Of a DNA stretch of 64,000 nt, positions 25,584-38,916 are shown one piece after another. The notes below the pieces were generated by a model, which was not told where the DNA came from, searched no databases, and saw only the letters and a program-made list of their open reading frames with translations. Source of the stretch: Octopus vulgaris (Eukaryota); NCBI GenBank assembly GCA_951406725.2, contig OX597819.1, positions 5,270,001-5,334,000 on the forward strand, written 5' to 3'. Position 1 is the first letter of the stretch, and the number at the start of each line of letters is the position of its first letter. Position numbers and translations under genes: made by a program.

Positions 25584-26349
25584 TAGTTTCTATGGCTAAT
25601 ACTGTTTTACTTAGATGAGTTACTGAACTGACTGACCACTCATCAGTAATTAAAATTGTATGTCAAGCTTTGTAAGGAACAATGTATATCCATCCCTTGT
25701 GACATCCAATATAAATTCTGCAAACACTGATTTATTAGAAGTTTACTTATTTACATTGCAAACAATTAGTCTTTTCTCCAAGATATGTTCTGTGAAAGGA
25801 AAGTTGTGATTTTAATTATTGAAAAACTTTCAGTTAAATTTATTAAATATTCCAGGTAAACTTCTTGCTAATTATCAGCTTTCTGATTTACTGCTGTCTT
25901 TTGGCATAAATTGAAGTTTTCCCTAACTCTAACAGTTGAGGATTTCTCCAGTGATTACTTTTCCCCAAACTTTCTTTCTTCTCAATAAAAACAACACATT
26001 TTCTACAACCTACAATTAGAACATACTTCCTTTTTGCTTTCTCAAGGCCTTATCATAAACTATCAACAATTCCCAACCTTAACAGCTTCCAAAAAGCCTC
26101 TATGTCCTCCAATAGAATCTGAAACTAACATACAATAATTCAATATTCCTTGACATATAATTTATAACTAGAAACCTTACAGTATCAAGATCAACCAATT
26201 CTAAGGAAACTCTCTGAAAGAACATAAGAACATATCTTTCTCCCAGCCTAAAATTGAAATTATTTATATTCCACCACAATTACAATGAAGAGTGTGACAA
26301 CAGTAGAAGAAAACTACATGAATACTTAAGTTAGTGTCATTATACTTAA

Positions 26350-26557
26350 CTCTTGAGCATTCAAATTATTCTATTAAATGTAACGCTTATTTATGAATTA
26401 ATCAAGCATTATCTCATGGCTTTAAGGTTTCAATTATGTGATTGTTTATTTTAGAATGACATTGTAGGGTAGGTGTGAGAGGCCAAATCTGGATGGTTTG
26501 AACATAAAAACAGGTAAAATATTTGGGCTGGATATGGCTAGTTTATATGCTACAAGG
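26350..26557. mobile_element. piggyBac-type MITE
   Basis: TTAA on both sides; degenerate TIRs; homologous to 35263-35480. Confidence 0.7.
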
Positions 26558-27251
26558 TTAATGTTAGAAACATTGAAAAACAAATAATTATGCAGTAATG
26601 TAATATAATATTATTAGTCAATGACTGACATAATTTTCATTTTTCAGGCACATAAGTGAGACAACTGTGGACATATCCAATCTTAATCTAACCTCATCAG
26701 CAGAGCAAAAACTTTGGGGCTTTTGTTGAAATAGTTTTGCAGTACATAAATATATTATATTGTGTCTTGGTTGGCAGAGAAAAATAGAATTGTTGACAGA
26801 ATAATATTTGCATACAATCTCTGTTGTTGGCTTCAAGACTCATTTTACTGGCTAATTTGCAGAAGATACTTGCCCATGGTGCCATGCAGTGGAACTGCAC
26901 TCAAAACCACATGCTTTGGAAGCAAACTTCTTGACTACACTTTCTGAGATTCTTCTGATCCCATGGAAACAACTACACACCATTATGATGCTAAAAATAT
27001 GAGCAAACCCACTAAGGATGAAAATACATGAATCTTCCGAGTTCATCCTTTTACATATAATAACAAACACAGAGGCACAAATGCGATTGTGTGATTGAGA
27101 AGCCTGCTTTCCATCCATGTGGTTTTGAATTCAGCCTCACTGGGCGGCACCTTGGGCAAGTGTCTTATACTACAGCTCTGGGCTGACCAAAGCCTTGTGA
27201 GTGAATTTGATAGAAAGAAACTAACAGAAGCCAATTATACATGTACATATA

Positions 27252-27660
27252 TTCTTTTACTCTTTTACTCTTTTACTTGTTTCAGTCATTTGACTGCGGC
27301 CATGCTGGAGCACTGCCTTTAATCGAGCAACTCGACCCCGAGACTTATTCTTTTGTAAGCCCAGTACTTATTCTGCCGGTCTCTTTTGCCAAACCGCTAA
27401 GTAACGGGGACATAAACACATCAGCATCGGTTGTCAAGCAATGCAAGGGGGACAAACACAGACACACAAACACACACACGCATATATATATATACACATA
27501 TATACGACGGGCTTCTTTCAGTTTCCGTCTACCAAATCCACTCACAAGGCTTTGGTTGGCCCGACGCTATAGTAGAAGACACTTGCCCAAGGTGCCACAT
27601 AGTGGGACTGAACCCGGAACCATGTGGTTGGTAGACAAGCTACTTACCACACAGCCACTC
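27252..27660 (-). mobile_element. SINE family B
   Basis: Nearly full length; an older plus-strand family-B head at 27098-27235 faces it. Confidence 0.9.
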
Positions 27661-27732
27661 ATAAATATAATGATATGAGAAAATGATGAGGTAATTAAAT
27701 TATTATTTATCAATTAAAAATTTGACAAACAT

Positions 27733-27810
27733 CCTTTACAGCTGTTTCAGTTCCAGACTTTAATTAATTAATAAGATTAAAAGTTATTTGAAAGTCGAAT
27801 CTTTCAGAGG
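27733..27810 (-). ncRNA. Degenerate type-I hammerhead motif
   Basis: CCT CTGAAAGA TTCGACTTT...AAAGTCTGGAACT GAA ACAGCTGT A AAGG; palindromic helix III, but the core has an extra base. Confidence 0.45.
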
Positions 27811-29551
27811 TATTATTTATTAATTACCTCTCTATTTTCTTATCCTATTACAACGAATAAATATATATATAAACCACGGTTTACATGGTTACCTTGCAGT
27901 TGAGTATTAACTGTAATGTTCAATATTCTTTGTATAGGTAACTAACCGGTACTTTCATAGGATTTTGCTATCCCTCAATGAGGTTTGTAACCTTTATTTG
28001 TGCTTTCCAACCCATGCTAGCATGGAAAACGGATGTTAAACGATGATGATGATGATGATGATGATATATAATCAAAACAAGCAACAAGATTTCAAGAGGT
28101 GATGCAGTACAACCGTTTGAAGCGGTTCATTTAAGAGCAACTTGGTTAATAACAGATTAAACCTAAGGGTATCATGTGTACATTGTGTCACCTGTACATT
28201 TAAATATTTTTGAAATTAGCAATTATAGGTGCTGCACTTGAACCTAGACAGGAGAAATTAGCTTTAGTGACATATATGATGTGAACTTACCCGCTAGTAT
28301 TATATATAATAATAAGTTATATATATTTTCTTACTATTCTCTATAATTTCTTATTATTTTGTTTTCTTATTTTGATACCTCTACCTATTAACCTCTTATC
28401 TCTTATAAGTTATTAATGTTCTTAAAGAGAGATATAAACTTTCTAGTTACTTAAGTCTAGAAGAGTTGATGATAACATACCCATAATAAAGTACGAATAT
28501 TTGTGTATATTTGCATGTGTGCACATAGTTAAATATGCGTATGTATCTGTGCACAACTTATTTTTACCGATTTTTAATACAAAGATAGCATGATTTATTG
28601 CCCCAGTGTTCCATAAGTAAATACCAAGAGCAATGTTTATAGAAACCACCTTATAAGTAAATAATTAAATACAGGAATGAATATTAAACTAATTCTATGT
28701 AATCTAATGTTGAAAATTGGTACATGTACACAGTTTATCTATTCTGGTTATAATATCATTTTTAGTAATCTTAAATTTTATCTTTACACAACATAACAAT
28801 ATTGTTTATATATGATCATCCATAATAACCCATGATAATTTCCTCTGTATTAACACCATAGGTTTTATTTGTGTCTTGCCCCTTAAACTGATAATTAACA
28901 TCTTGATTTAGGTTCTTCTCCTACCCAGCCTCCTTTATAGACAATTACTCATACATTTTCTAAATCCTGACAATATTTATGACCATACCCAACTATAAAC
29001 TGTCAACTCTCTCTGTCTATCCATTCTAAAGAGACACTGATAGATTTGATAGTTGATAAAAAAAAGAAAGAAAAAGACTAATAAATTAAAAGGGAACCAC
29101 AATCCTTTACAAGCTATGACCCTAACAAACTTCATACGGTTCTTAGAAGTATAGTATATTCTGAGTCACATTAGTGACTGGTTTTCTATTTTCTGCCTTT
29201 TCCCCACTGGATGCTGAGCATGCTGGTCAACTTTCTTCTCTTCACTTCTCAATTCTGTTCTTTATAATCCATTTGAGGATTTCTTCCAGGCATTCATCCA
29301 CCATTCTTGTGTTTGGCCCTAAAGCTTTATTTATTTATTGTCCTTGTTTCAAATTACTGTTGTTTATTTTTCTTATGTCCACCCTGTATTATTTTGTTTG
29401 CTCGAACCCTAATTCAGCACAAATCTTGCAGATGCTGCCAATATACAAGGTTCCTAGTCTTATTGTGAAAGGCATGAAACTAGGTATTAGCATTTTCGGT
29501 TGATAACTGATTAAGAATTAAAGTCTTGGTGTCTGTCCTATCTGTATGTTT

Positions 29552-31588
29552 TCATCATCATCATCATCGTTTAACGTCCGCTTTCCATGCTAGCATGGGT
29601 TGGACGGTTCAACTGGGGTCTGGCAAGCCCGAAGGCTGCACCAGGCCAGTCAGATCTGGCAGTGTTTCTACAGCTGGATGCCCTTCCTAACGCCAACCAC
29701 TCCGAGAGTGTAGTGGGTGATTTTATGTGCCACCGACACAGGTGCCAGACGAGGCTGGCAGACGGCCACGCTCGGATGGTGTTTTCTTATGTGCCACCGA
29801 CACAGGTGCCAGACGAGGCTGGCAGACGGCCACGCTCGGATGGTGTTTTTTATGTGCCACCGACACAGGTGCCAGACGAGGCTGGCAGACGGCCACGCTC
29901 GGATGGTGTTTTTTATGTGCCACCGGCACAGGTGCCAGACGAGGCTGGCAGACAGCCACGCTCGGATGGTGTTTTTTATGTGTCACCGGCACAGGTGCCA
30001 GACGAGGCTGGCGAACGGCCACGCTCGGATGGTGTTTGTTACGTGCCCTCAGCACGGAGGCCAGTCGATGCGGTACTGGCTACAGTCACATTCAGATGGT
30101 TTTCTTATGTGCCACCGGCACTGGTACCATAAAGGATACAAATTCCATTGATGTACATCTATTTTGATTTGGTTTTGATTTTGATTTTCACTTGCCTCAA
30201 CAGGTCTTCTCAAGTGTCACAATAAGGAAGGTATGCACAGGTGGACTGACTACGTCCCAGGTAGGGGCCACGGGATATGGCTTCACTAGTCTTGCTGGGT
30301 CTTCTCACGCACAGCGTACTTCCATAGGTCTCGGTCTCTAGTCATTTCCATGGTGAGACCTAACATCCGAAGGTCGTGCTTCACCACCTCGTCCCAGGTT
30401 TTCCTGGGTCTACCTCTTCCACGGGTTCCCTCAACTGCTAGGGATTGGCACTTTCTCACACACCTATCTTCATCCATTCTCGCCACATGACCATACCAGC
30501 GCAATCGTCTCTCTTGCACACCACAACTGATGCTTCTTAGGTACAACATTTCTCTCAAGGTACTAACGCTCTGTCGAGTAAGTACACTGACATTACACAT
30601 CCATCGGAGCATACTGGCTTCATTCCTCACGAGCTTACGCATGTCCTCAGCAGTCACGGCCCATGTTTCACTGCCATGTAGCATAGCTGTTCGTACACAT
30701 GCATCATACAGTCTGCCTTTTACTCTGAGCGAGAGGCCTTTTGTCACCAGCAGAGGTAAGAGCTCCCTAAACTTTGCCCAGGCTATTCTTATTCTAGCAG
30801 TTACACTTTCAGCGCACCCACCCCCACTACTGACTTGGTCACCTAGATAGCGGAAGCTATCAACTACTTCTAGTTTTTCCCCCGGAAAGTGACGGAAGTT
30901 GTTTTCTGCAGATTTTCGGAGGTCAATGCTCCCGAGCATCTGCCACATACAAAAACTATCTTCCCAGTTAGCCTACCTTTGACATTGCTGCACCTCTTAT
31001 GTGTCCATAGCTTACACTGGGTACATCTTATAGAGTTTCTACCTACACCTTTTCTACAGATCGAGCAGGGCCATCTTCCTGAGGATATTTGTGGATTGTC
31101 TACCTTTCTACTTATTAGTACTTTGGTTTTAGCTAGGTTGACTCTAAGGCCCCTCGATTCTAAACCCTCCTTCCACACCTGGAACTTCTGCTCCAGTTCT
31201 GATAGTGACTCAGCAATTAGAGCGAGGTCGTCAGCATAGAGGAGCTCCCAAGGGCAGCCTGTCTTGAATTGCCTGGAGGACTATGATAAATAGGAGGGGG
31301 CTGAGTACTGAACCCTGGTGGACCCCAACCTCTACTTTGAATTCTTCTGTGTACATGTTGCCAACCCTAACCTTACTTACGGCATCTCTGTACATGGCTT
31401 GCACAGCCCTCACCAGCCATTCATCTATCCCTAGTTTCTTCATTGACCACCAGATGAGGAATCGGGGGACCCTATCAAAGGCTTTCTCCATGTCAACGAA
31501 AGCCAGGTACAGGGGCTTATCTTTGGCTAGGTATTTCTCCTGCAGCTGCCTTACCAGGAATATAGCATCAGTGGTGCTTTTCCCTGGC
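29552..31588 (-). mobile_element. RTE-clade LINE, 5'-truncated: RT, C-terminus, 3' UTR of about 730 bp, (GAT)n tail
   Basis: EKAFDRVPR, GVHQGSVLSPLLF, LLYADDL, GLRVNLAKTK, FRYLG, RRLRWYGHVARM, GRPRKTW; two frameshifts. Confidence 0.95.
29724..30128 (-). repeat. 63-66-bp tandem array in the RTE 3' UTR
   Basis: Unit starts at 29724, 29788, 29851, 29914, 29977, 30040 and 30106. Confidence 0.95.
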
Positions 31589-31833
31589 AGTATTTAATGC
31601 ATTTTTCATTTATGAAATAACTGAATCCCAACTTTTGTTAACAGTAAGTTTGTACACACACACACAGATCTCTTATCTTTTACTTGTTTCAGTCATTAGC
31701 CTGCAGCCATGCTAGAGCACCGCTTTGAAGAATTTTAGTTGAACGAATCGACTCCAGTACTTATTTTTAAAAAAATCCTGCTACTTATTTTATTGTCTCC
31801 TCTGCTGAACTTCTAAGTTATAATATACATATA

Positions 31834-32213
31834 CTAGCAGTATCGGGTTTGTAACTATATAAGCATTTTTAGAGAGTTACTTCCCTTATATAATAGCAAA
31901 AAATGCATTAAAAATGGAAAAAAATTATGGTAAATTTTTTTTTAAATCGTAGACTCATCGTAGACATTTTAGAGAGTTACTTCCCTTATAAAATAGCAAA
32001 AAAAAATACATTAAAAATGCGGAAAAATAATGGTAAATTTTTTTTAAATCGTAGACTCATCGTAGACGCGCGCTAATACCCAGAAGGGCTCGATATGAAT
32101 CACGACTACAAGATACCCGGTTTTGGTTAAACTGCACCACAAAATGTGGGAGTAGTTAGGAATCTAAATTGTAGGAGACAGGCAGCACACAACTTCAGTT
32201 TTATATATAAAGA
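31834..32213 (-). mobile_element. Helitron family 1, 3' hairpin deleted
   Basis: TC...CTAG termini at an AT target; two internal units of about 100 bp. Confidence 0.85.
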
Positions 32214-33236
32214 TATTTCGCTTAGGCATTGTGAGATTAATAACTTGGTATGGAACTCATTGTCTTGACAATATGTGATAGCAGTAAGTGAGCATCACTG
32301 TTAAACATGCAATGTCATCCACTTCAAGTTTTCTGTGAAAACACGTCTGGCGATGGGAAATATTACCATGCTTGAAAGCAAGTGAGGGCTGGTGAGAGGA
32401 AAGGTATTTGATCATGAAAATTCATCTTCAACAGATTGCGTTTATTTATGCAAGACTTGGAAAGTGGATGTTAGCACAATGGTGATGATGATCTCTCTTT
32501 CTCTCTCTCTCTCTCTCACACACACCACTTTGTAGGGTGCTTGCATTATGAAGTGCAATACAGTATGGTAGTAAGACTTGGGGTCTGATTGTGGAAAATT
32601 TGTGAAAGCTAAAAAAAATGAGGTAGTACTTTGTCTTTCACAAAACACTGTCAATTGACACCTCCATAAGTTTAGCCTTATGAAGGGACACTGTTGAAAA
32701 GCCCCTCGTGAACTGACTAATGACCAGGCTCAAAGACATGAATATTTGCAAACAACTGCTGGCAGAACCGCAAGATGCCCATTTATGGCATTAAATTGTA
32801 ACTAGAGATAAGAAATGGATCTATATTCGTAATCCTGGTAAGAGAAACCAGTGACTTCATTCTGGCTAGGCTTCAGAACGTTTGATCAAACAAGGTCAGT
32901 TTGAAGCCCATTGTGTGTGTGTGTGTGTGAATTCATGTATGTATGTGTTATTGTGTTTGTCCCCCCCCCCCCACCACTTGGCAACTGGCATTGGCTTGTT
33001 TTGCATCCCTGTAACTTAGTAGTGCAAGAAAAGAAACCAACAGAATAAGCATCAGACTTTAAAAAAATGAAAAGAAATGCTGAGTTTGGTTTGTTTGACT
33101 AAATGGAATGGGATGAGTGGGATTGGTTGTTTGGATGCTGGTGACTTAGCACAGATGACTGGACATGAAAGCCCATTTTGGCAACAGTACTTTTTGGCAC
33201 TGAAAGTAAAAACCTACACACACCTACACACAGAAA

Positions 33237-33655
33237 TCTATATATATAAAGCTGAAGTTGTCTGTGTGTGTGTGTGGAAGGTTTGGTAGCCTTCAACTAA
33301 CACTATCTCCTCCAAGACCCTGTGACGCAAGTTGACTAAAATTGAGAGTATGATAGAAGAAGGCTTGCTCTTTATTCCATAGAAGGAAAAAATTCAAATC
33401 GAACCATGTTAACACCAAAAATTATTTACATCAAAAAGGTGCTTTTTTTCTATGAAAATCCCTATTTTTTAACGATTTTTTGACTGCTGTGTCGCCATTT
33501 TCCAGTGTATTTCAACCAGAAAAATGTTCACTTAAAGAGAATAACAAGCTACATAATACAAAATTTTTACTTTTCAAAAATTCCAATTCTAAAGGGTCGG
33601 AAAGAATTTTTGCAACTAAAAAACAAACCTGAGCACCGCCGGGTTATACTACGAG
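33237..33655 (+). mobile_element. Helitron family 2
   Basis: A|TCTATATATATAAAGCTGAAG...CCTGAGCACCGCCGGG...CGAG|T; provides the empty site for the 2453-2657 insert. Confidence 0.8.
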
Positions 33656-33925
33656 TATACACATATAAATAGGGTGAAGGAGAGAGAAAGAGAAGGAGAA
33701 ATCCCCTTCTTCAGACACATATTTCTAAATGCTCACATGCATAAACATAAAGAATGAGAGAGAGAGAGAGAGGGAATGAGAAAAACATTAAAATGAAAAG
33801 AAACAGCAAAATGTCTGATGTCAAATAAGTTTGCATTAAATCAGTGACACCAAAACAGGTGACACCAAAACGAAATAGTTGGAAATTGCATGACAAGGTT
33901 ATTTTTTCTAAAGAAATAATTTCAT

Positions 33926-34099
33926 AGGCACAGGAGTGGCTGTGTGGTAAGTAGCTTGTCTACCAACCACATGGTTCCGGGTTCAGTCCCACTGCATGGC
34001 ACCTTGGGCAAGTGTCTTCTACTATAGCCTCGGGCCGACCAAAGCCTTGTGAGTGGATTTGGTAGATGGAAATTGAAAGAAGCCCGTCGTATATGTGTG

Positions 34100-34130
<31 letters not shown>

Positions 34131-34325
34131 TTGTCCCCTAGCATTGCTTGACAACCGATACTGGTGTGTTTATGTCCCCGTTACTTAGCGGTTCGGCAAA
34201 AGAGACTGATAGAATAAGTACTGGGCTTACAAAAGAATAAGTCCCAGGGTCGAGTTGCTCGACTAAAGGTGGTGCTCCAGCATGGCCGCAGTCAAATGAC
34301 TGAAACAAGTAAAAGAGTAAAAGAG
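33926..34325 (+). mobile_element. SINE family B, full length
   Basis: Matches 8276-8677. Confidence 0.9.
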
Positions 34326-34442
34326 AATATAAAGATTTATTTTATTGTTTCATTAAGAATTAAGTTGCTTCTTCAAAAAACTGTTAAAGGTCCTCTATGT
34401 AATTTACAGAACAAAAAGAAGTTTTAATACTTTCAGGAACTA

Positions 34443-34655
34443 AGGTGGAGAGCTGACAGAATTATTAGCATGCCAGGCAAAATGCTTAGTGGTATTACAT
34501 CCATCTTTATGTTCTGAGTTCAAATTCTGCTGAGGTCAGCTTTGCCTTTCATCCTTTTGAAGTTGATAAAGTACCAGTTGAATGCTGGGGTTAATGTAAT
34601 TGACGTACCCCCTTCCCCCCAAATTATTGTTCTTGCACCAAAATTTGAAGCTATT
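34443..34655 (+). mobile_element. SINE family C, degenerate
   Basis: GTTCTGAGTTCAAATTCTGCTGAGGTCAGCTTTGCCTTTCATCC. Confidence 0.7.
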
Positions 34656-34671
34656 AATTTTAGGAATTAAA

Positions 34672-35212
34672 TGAGACCATAACCTCGTGGCTTATGCCAG
34701 GGGTGTGACCAACCCACTTATGCGTACCTTTCCTTCATTGGACACTAAACTCTGCTTGCAAAGACTTGTTGAGGCAAGTGAAATCAAAATCAAATTTGAT
34801 GACTGGCATCTGTGCTAGTGGAGCACTAAGAACACCATCCGAACGTGATCATTGCCAGAGCAGCTTACTGGCTTCCGTGCCGGTGGCACGTAAAAAGCAC
34901 TATTTGAGCATGATCGTTACCAGCGTTGCCTTACTGGCACTTGTGCCAGTGACACATGAAAAAACATTAGAGTGGGGTCGTTGCCAGTTTCCGCTTGACT
35001 GGCTCCTGTGCAGATGGCTCATGGCCGTTGCCAGTACTGCCTGACTGGCCCTAAGCACCCACTACACTCTCAGAGTGGTTGGCGTTAGGAAGGGCATCCA
35101 GCTGTAGAAACTCTGCCAGATCAAGTTTGGAGCCTGATGCAGCCATCTGGTTCAACCCATGCTAGCATGGAAAGCGGACGTTAAACGATGATGATGATGA
35201 TGATGATGATGA
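34672..35212 (+). mobile_element. RTE 3' UTR, from the stop-codon region to the (GAT)n tail
   Basis: Begins TGAGACCATAACC as at 597-609; ends CCATGCTAGCATGGAAAGCGGACGTTAAAC(GAT)n. Confidence 0.85.
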
Positions 35213-35262
35213 TAAGGTGGTGAGCTAGCAGAATCATTAGTGCATAACACAAATCTTTTTAA

Positions 35263-35480
35263 CCCTTTAGGGTTCAGATTACTTTGTCAAATGTTCTGCT
35301 TATTTATTCACATTGTTTTGAATTTATCATGCATTATCTCATAGCTTCAAGAGTCTGATGATGGATTGTTTATTTTTAGAATGATATTGTAGGTGTGTGT
35401 GAAAGGCCAGATCTAGCTAGTTTGAACAGAAAACAGGTAAAACATTTGGGTTAGATATGGCTGGTTTAAAAGCTAAAGGG
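35263..35480. mobile_element. piggyBac-type MITE
   Basis: TTAA-CCCTTTAG ... CTAAAGGG-TTAA. Confidence 0.8.
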
Positions 35481-35529
35481 TTAAAGGAGAGGACTCAATA
35501 AAACTTCTTTGTTCTATGTCCTTCATTTT

Positions 35530-35905
35530 CTACCTCTTTCTGTTATTGGACTGAGGCCATGATCAAGCACCATCTTGAAGGGCTCAGTCAAACAAATAAG
35601 TGACGCCAGTACTTATTTTATGAAGCTAGGTACTTACTCTATCAGCTATTTTGCCAAACCACTAAGTTACAGGAATGTAAACAAACCAACACTGGTTGTC
35701 AATCAGTAGTGGAGGACAAACACAAACACACACACACTCATGATGGGCTTCTTTCAGTTTCTATCAGCCAAATCCACTCACAAGGCTTTATAGTCACCCA
35801 GGGACTATAATAAAAGACACTTACCCAAGGTGCCATGCAGTGGGATTGAACCTGGAAGTATGTGGTTGGGAAGCAAACTTCTTACCACATAGCCACATCT
35901 GTGCC
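35530..35905 (-). mobile_element. SINE family B, degenerate
   Basis: AATCCACTCACAAGGC...CCCAAGGTGCCATGCAGTGGGATTGAACC. Confidence 0.75.
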
Positions 35906-36699
35906 TAATGGTTGGTATCAATTTTTTGATCCCACAAAAATGAAAGGCAAAATTGATTCTGTCACGATTTGAACAGAGTAAACTATTTCAGTCTTTTTTA
36001 TCCCTGTTTGTATAAAATTAAGAATTTACTTCTTTATTGGATATTTCGCTTCTGACAGTTTATGACCAAAATATTGTTCTGCTACTGGAGCTCATTAAAA
36101 TAAAAACATTTAGAAAACAATAGTTTATTCCTTTATTTTATGATTTTAACAACTTGAGTATTGGCCATGAAATGTAACATTCACATGTTCAAAGATTTCT
36201 TTCAGCTCAACAGTTTTTAACTATAATCAGATTTTAATAGCCATTATAAAATGATTTATTAATAGAAGTCTATATAGTTGAGTGAAAATAATTCACATTG
36301 AATACGAGGAAATATTTCCAGTTCTTAGTTTGAAGTTGCTAGCTGCTTATCTTTGTTTTCATGAGAATAATATCAATTAATGAGCAGCAAAATTGTGTCT
36401 TACCTGCACTCAAAGAACAGACAGGTGGAAATAACTGCAGAGAACAAACTTAAAACTACAGGTATTCAGTGTTTTGTTTTTAAAATACTGTAAAGATTGC
36501 TACATTTTGGAATGAAGTTACTGTATTGGCTGTCATTTGTTGTAAATGTATGAGTACAAATTCATCACATCCATTGAGTATGCTCAGTAGCTATACAGTA
36601 ACAGATGAACTCAACATCTTGAGTTTGACCTTTCACTTAAAACCATAGTTTCCGAGAAAATATTTGAATGTCACTGGTATACCCATGTTGTCAAAAATG

Positions 36700-37500
36700 C
36701 AGACAGCTTTATAAACTTCTGCAGGGTCAGTTGTGTGACATACAGCCAAGCGCTGTTGTGGAGAAGAATTGGTCCTTTTCTATTGACCAATGCTGGATGT
36801 TGTTGTCGAAGTTTCTTATGAATTTCATCTATTTGCTGACAGTACTTCTCCGCTGTAATGGTTTCGCCTGGGTCCAAAAGCTGTGATGGATGAGACCAGC
36901 TGCAGACCACCAAACAGTCACCATGACCTTCTTTTGGTGCAATTTTGGCTTTGGGAAGTGCTATGGAGCTTCATTGGTGTCCAACCACTGAGCTGAGCAT
37001 CGCTGGTTGTCGTAAAGAATCCGCTTTTCATCGCAAGTCACAATCCTGTTGAGAAACAGGTCATTCTTGTTGTGTAAAAGAAGGGAAAATGACACTTTAA
37101 AATGCTGGGGGTTTTTTGTTGTCATTCAATTCATGCAGCACCCATTTCTCAAGTATTGTTGTTTTTCCAATCTCTTTCAAGTGGTTGGAAATTGTATACG
37201 TTACGTCTAATTCAGAAGCAAGGTCTCGAACAGTTGTGTGAGGATTGGCTTCCACTAAGGCTCTTAGTTGATCGTTGTCAACATCCGATGGCAGACTACT
37301 ATGTTTATCATCTTCAAGATTCTTGTCACCGCAACAAAATTTCTTGAACCACCATTGTGCTGTATGTTCATTTGTGGTTCCTGGGCCAAACCCATCGTTG
37401 ATATCATGAGCTGTTTCAGCAGCTTTTCAGCCTAGCTTGAACTGGAATAAGAAAATTGTGTGAATTTGCTTTTTGTCCATGTTGTATTCAACATTCAACA
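36700..37500 (-). mobile_element. mariner (DD34D-type) transposase relic
   Basis: FLNRIVTCDEK, PKPKLHQKKVMVTVWW, PGETITAEKYCQQID, NRKGPILLH. Confidence 0.85.
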
Positions 37501-37912
37501 GAATGAAGTCCTTGGATCCACTGGAGCCTGTCAAACCATCCAGCCTATGCTAGCACAGAACATGAACGTTAAATGATGATGATCATCATCATTATATAGA
37601 TGGATGTATTCTTACCTTTATTACATGTTCACAAGTATGTACATATATGTGTGCATGTATGTTAATCAGATCCTGTCAAACTGTGTGACCCCAAACACAC
37701 CAAGTCTGTGTTATCCTTGTTTCAATTCCTTCAGCTTCAGCTTCACTGAATCTGCAGCATTGATTTGAATTTCAAATTCTTAAATGAGACAATATGACAT
37801 TTCTTCCTGAATTGAAACCCTTGATCTGTTGCAAACTCTGCCCTCCAATGGGGCCAGGCCCCTGATTGCACTGCTGCTCTCCTACTCTCTTTATGCACAC
37901 CCAGAGAATGGG

Positions 37913-37952
<40 letters not shown>

Positions 37953-38012
37953 CTTCTTCCCATCTGGCCTACCACTGAAAAACAAATTCATCCATAACTT
38001 CTGACTTTTATT

Positions 38013-38147
38013 TCTGACCCCACAGTTGTTCCAATCTTTCCTGCAATCTGACCCCACAGTTGTTCCAATCTTTCCTGCAATCTGACCCCACAGTTGTTCC
38101 AATCTTTCCTGCAATCTGACCCCACAGTTGTTCCGATCTTTCCTGCA
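38013..38147. repeat. 34-bp minisatellite, 4 copies
   Basis: TCTGACCCCACAGTTGTTCCAATCTTTCCTGCAA at 38013, 38047, 38081 and 38115. Confidence 0.95.
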
Positions 38148-38916
38148 CCACCACTCTCAAAAAAAGATAGGCACATTGGCAACCTCCAATTAAGAAACTC
38201 TATAGCATCCAGCACCACACAACCAGGCACTTTTAAGTGTCCTTACCAATGATGCAATGCCTGCCCCTATATTAACAATACTACAATCATCACCAGGCTT
38301 AAGTCTCAATACCATATAATCTAGAACTTCTATTGTATCATCTGTAAACTTTACAATGCTCTTTGAATTGGGAAAATAGGCTGTCACCTTCTTGATCAGT
38401 TTTTGGAAGAACTTTCAAAGCACTCTACTATGTATGCCTTGCTAACCTGTCATCATACACTTCAATGTAAGCCATTTCATTACTCACCTATCATGTGGCA
38501 TGTACCCATCATAGTGCTGCATAGTCAAGGAAATAGAAGCAACAGTTTCATATTTAAACTTGTTATGATATCACCAAAGGATTGAAATGAATGTTTTCCC
38601 TTCTAATCCTACATCCTTTCTTAGTTCAATAATCCCATTCTTATCCTTCAATGCCCTTCTTATCTCGGTTTTCCTTCCACCTCACCCTCACCTGCTTCTC
38701 CTTCTCATTTCGCTTCCCTTATCTTCTACCCTTCCCATTCCTATTACTTCCTTTCTACATATGAAGCTCACATTGTGTTGCATTGCGTTTCCCATCAGTT
38801 GCAGCCAGTTTTCAAAAATAGAGGATGTAAAACACTGCTGTCTTTCTTTTTCCTACTTCTCATGGAAATTAACAATTTCATCGAATTCTTTCCATTGATT
38901 TATACATATGATGACA

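Noticed and set aside
29724-30128. CRISPR-like array or HDV ribozyme (CCAGCCTCGTCTGGCACC resembles HDV P3)
   Set aside because: Units are contiguous with no unique spacers and the context is a eukaryotic LINE; no P1, P1.1 or J4/2 could be built for an HDV fold.
38013-38147. CRISPR repeat (34-bp unit)
   Set aside because: No spacers; a plain tandem repeat.
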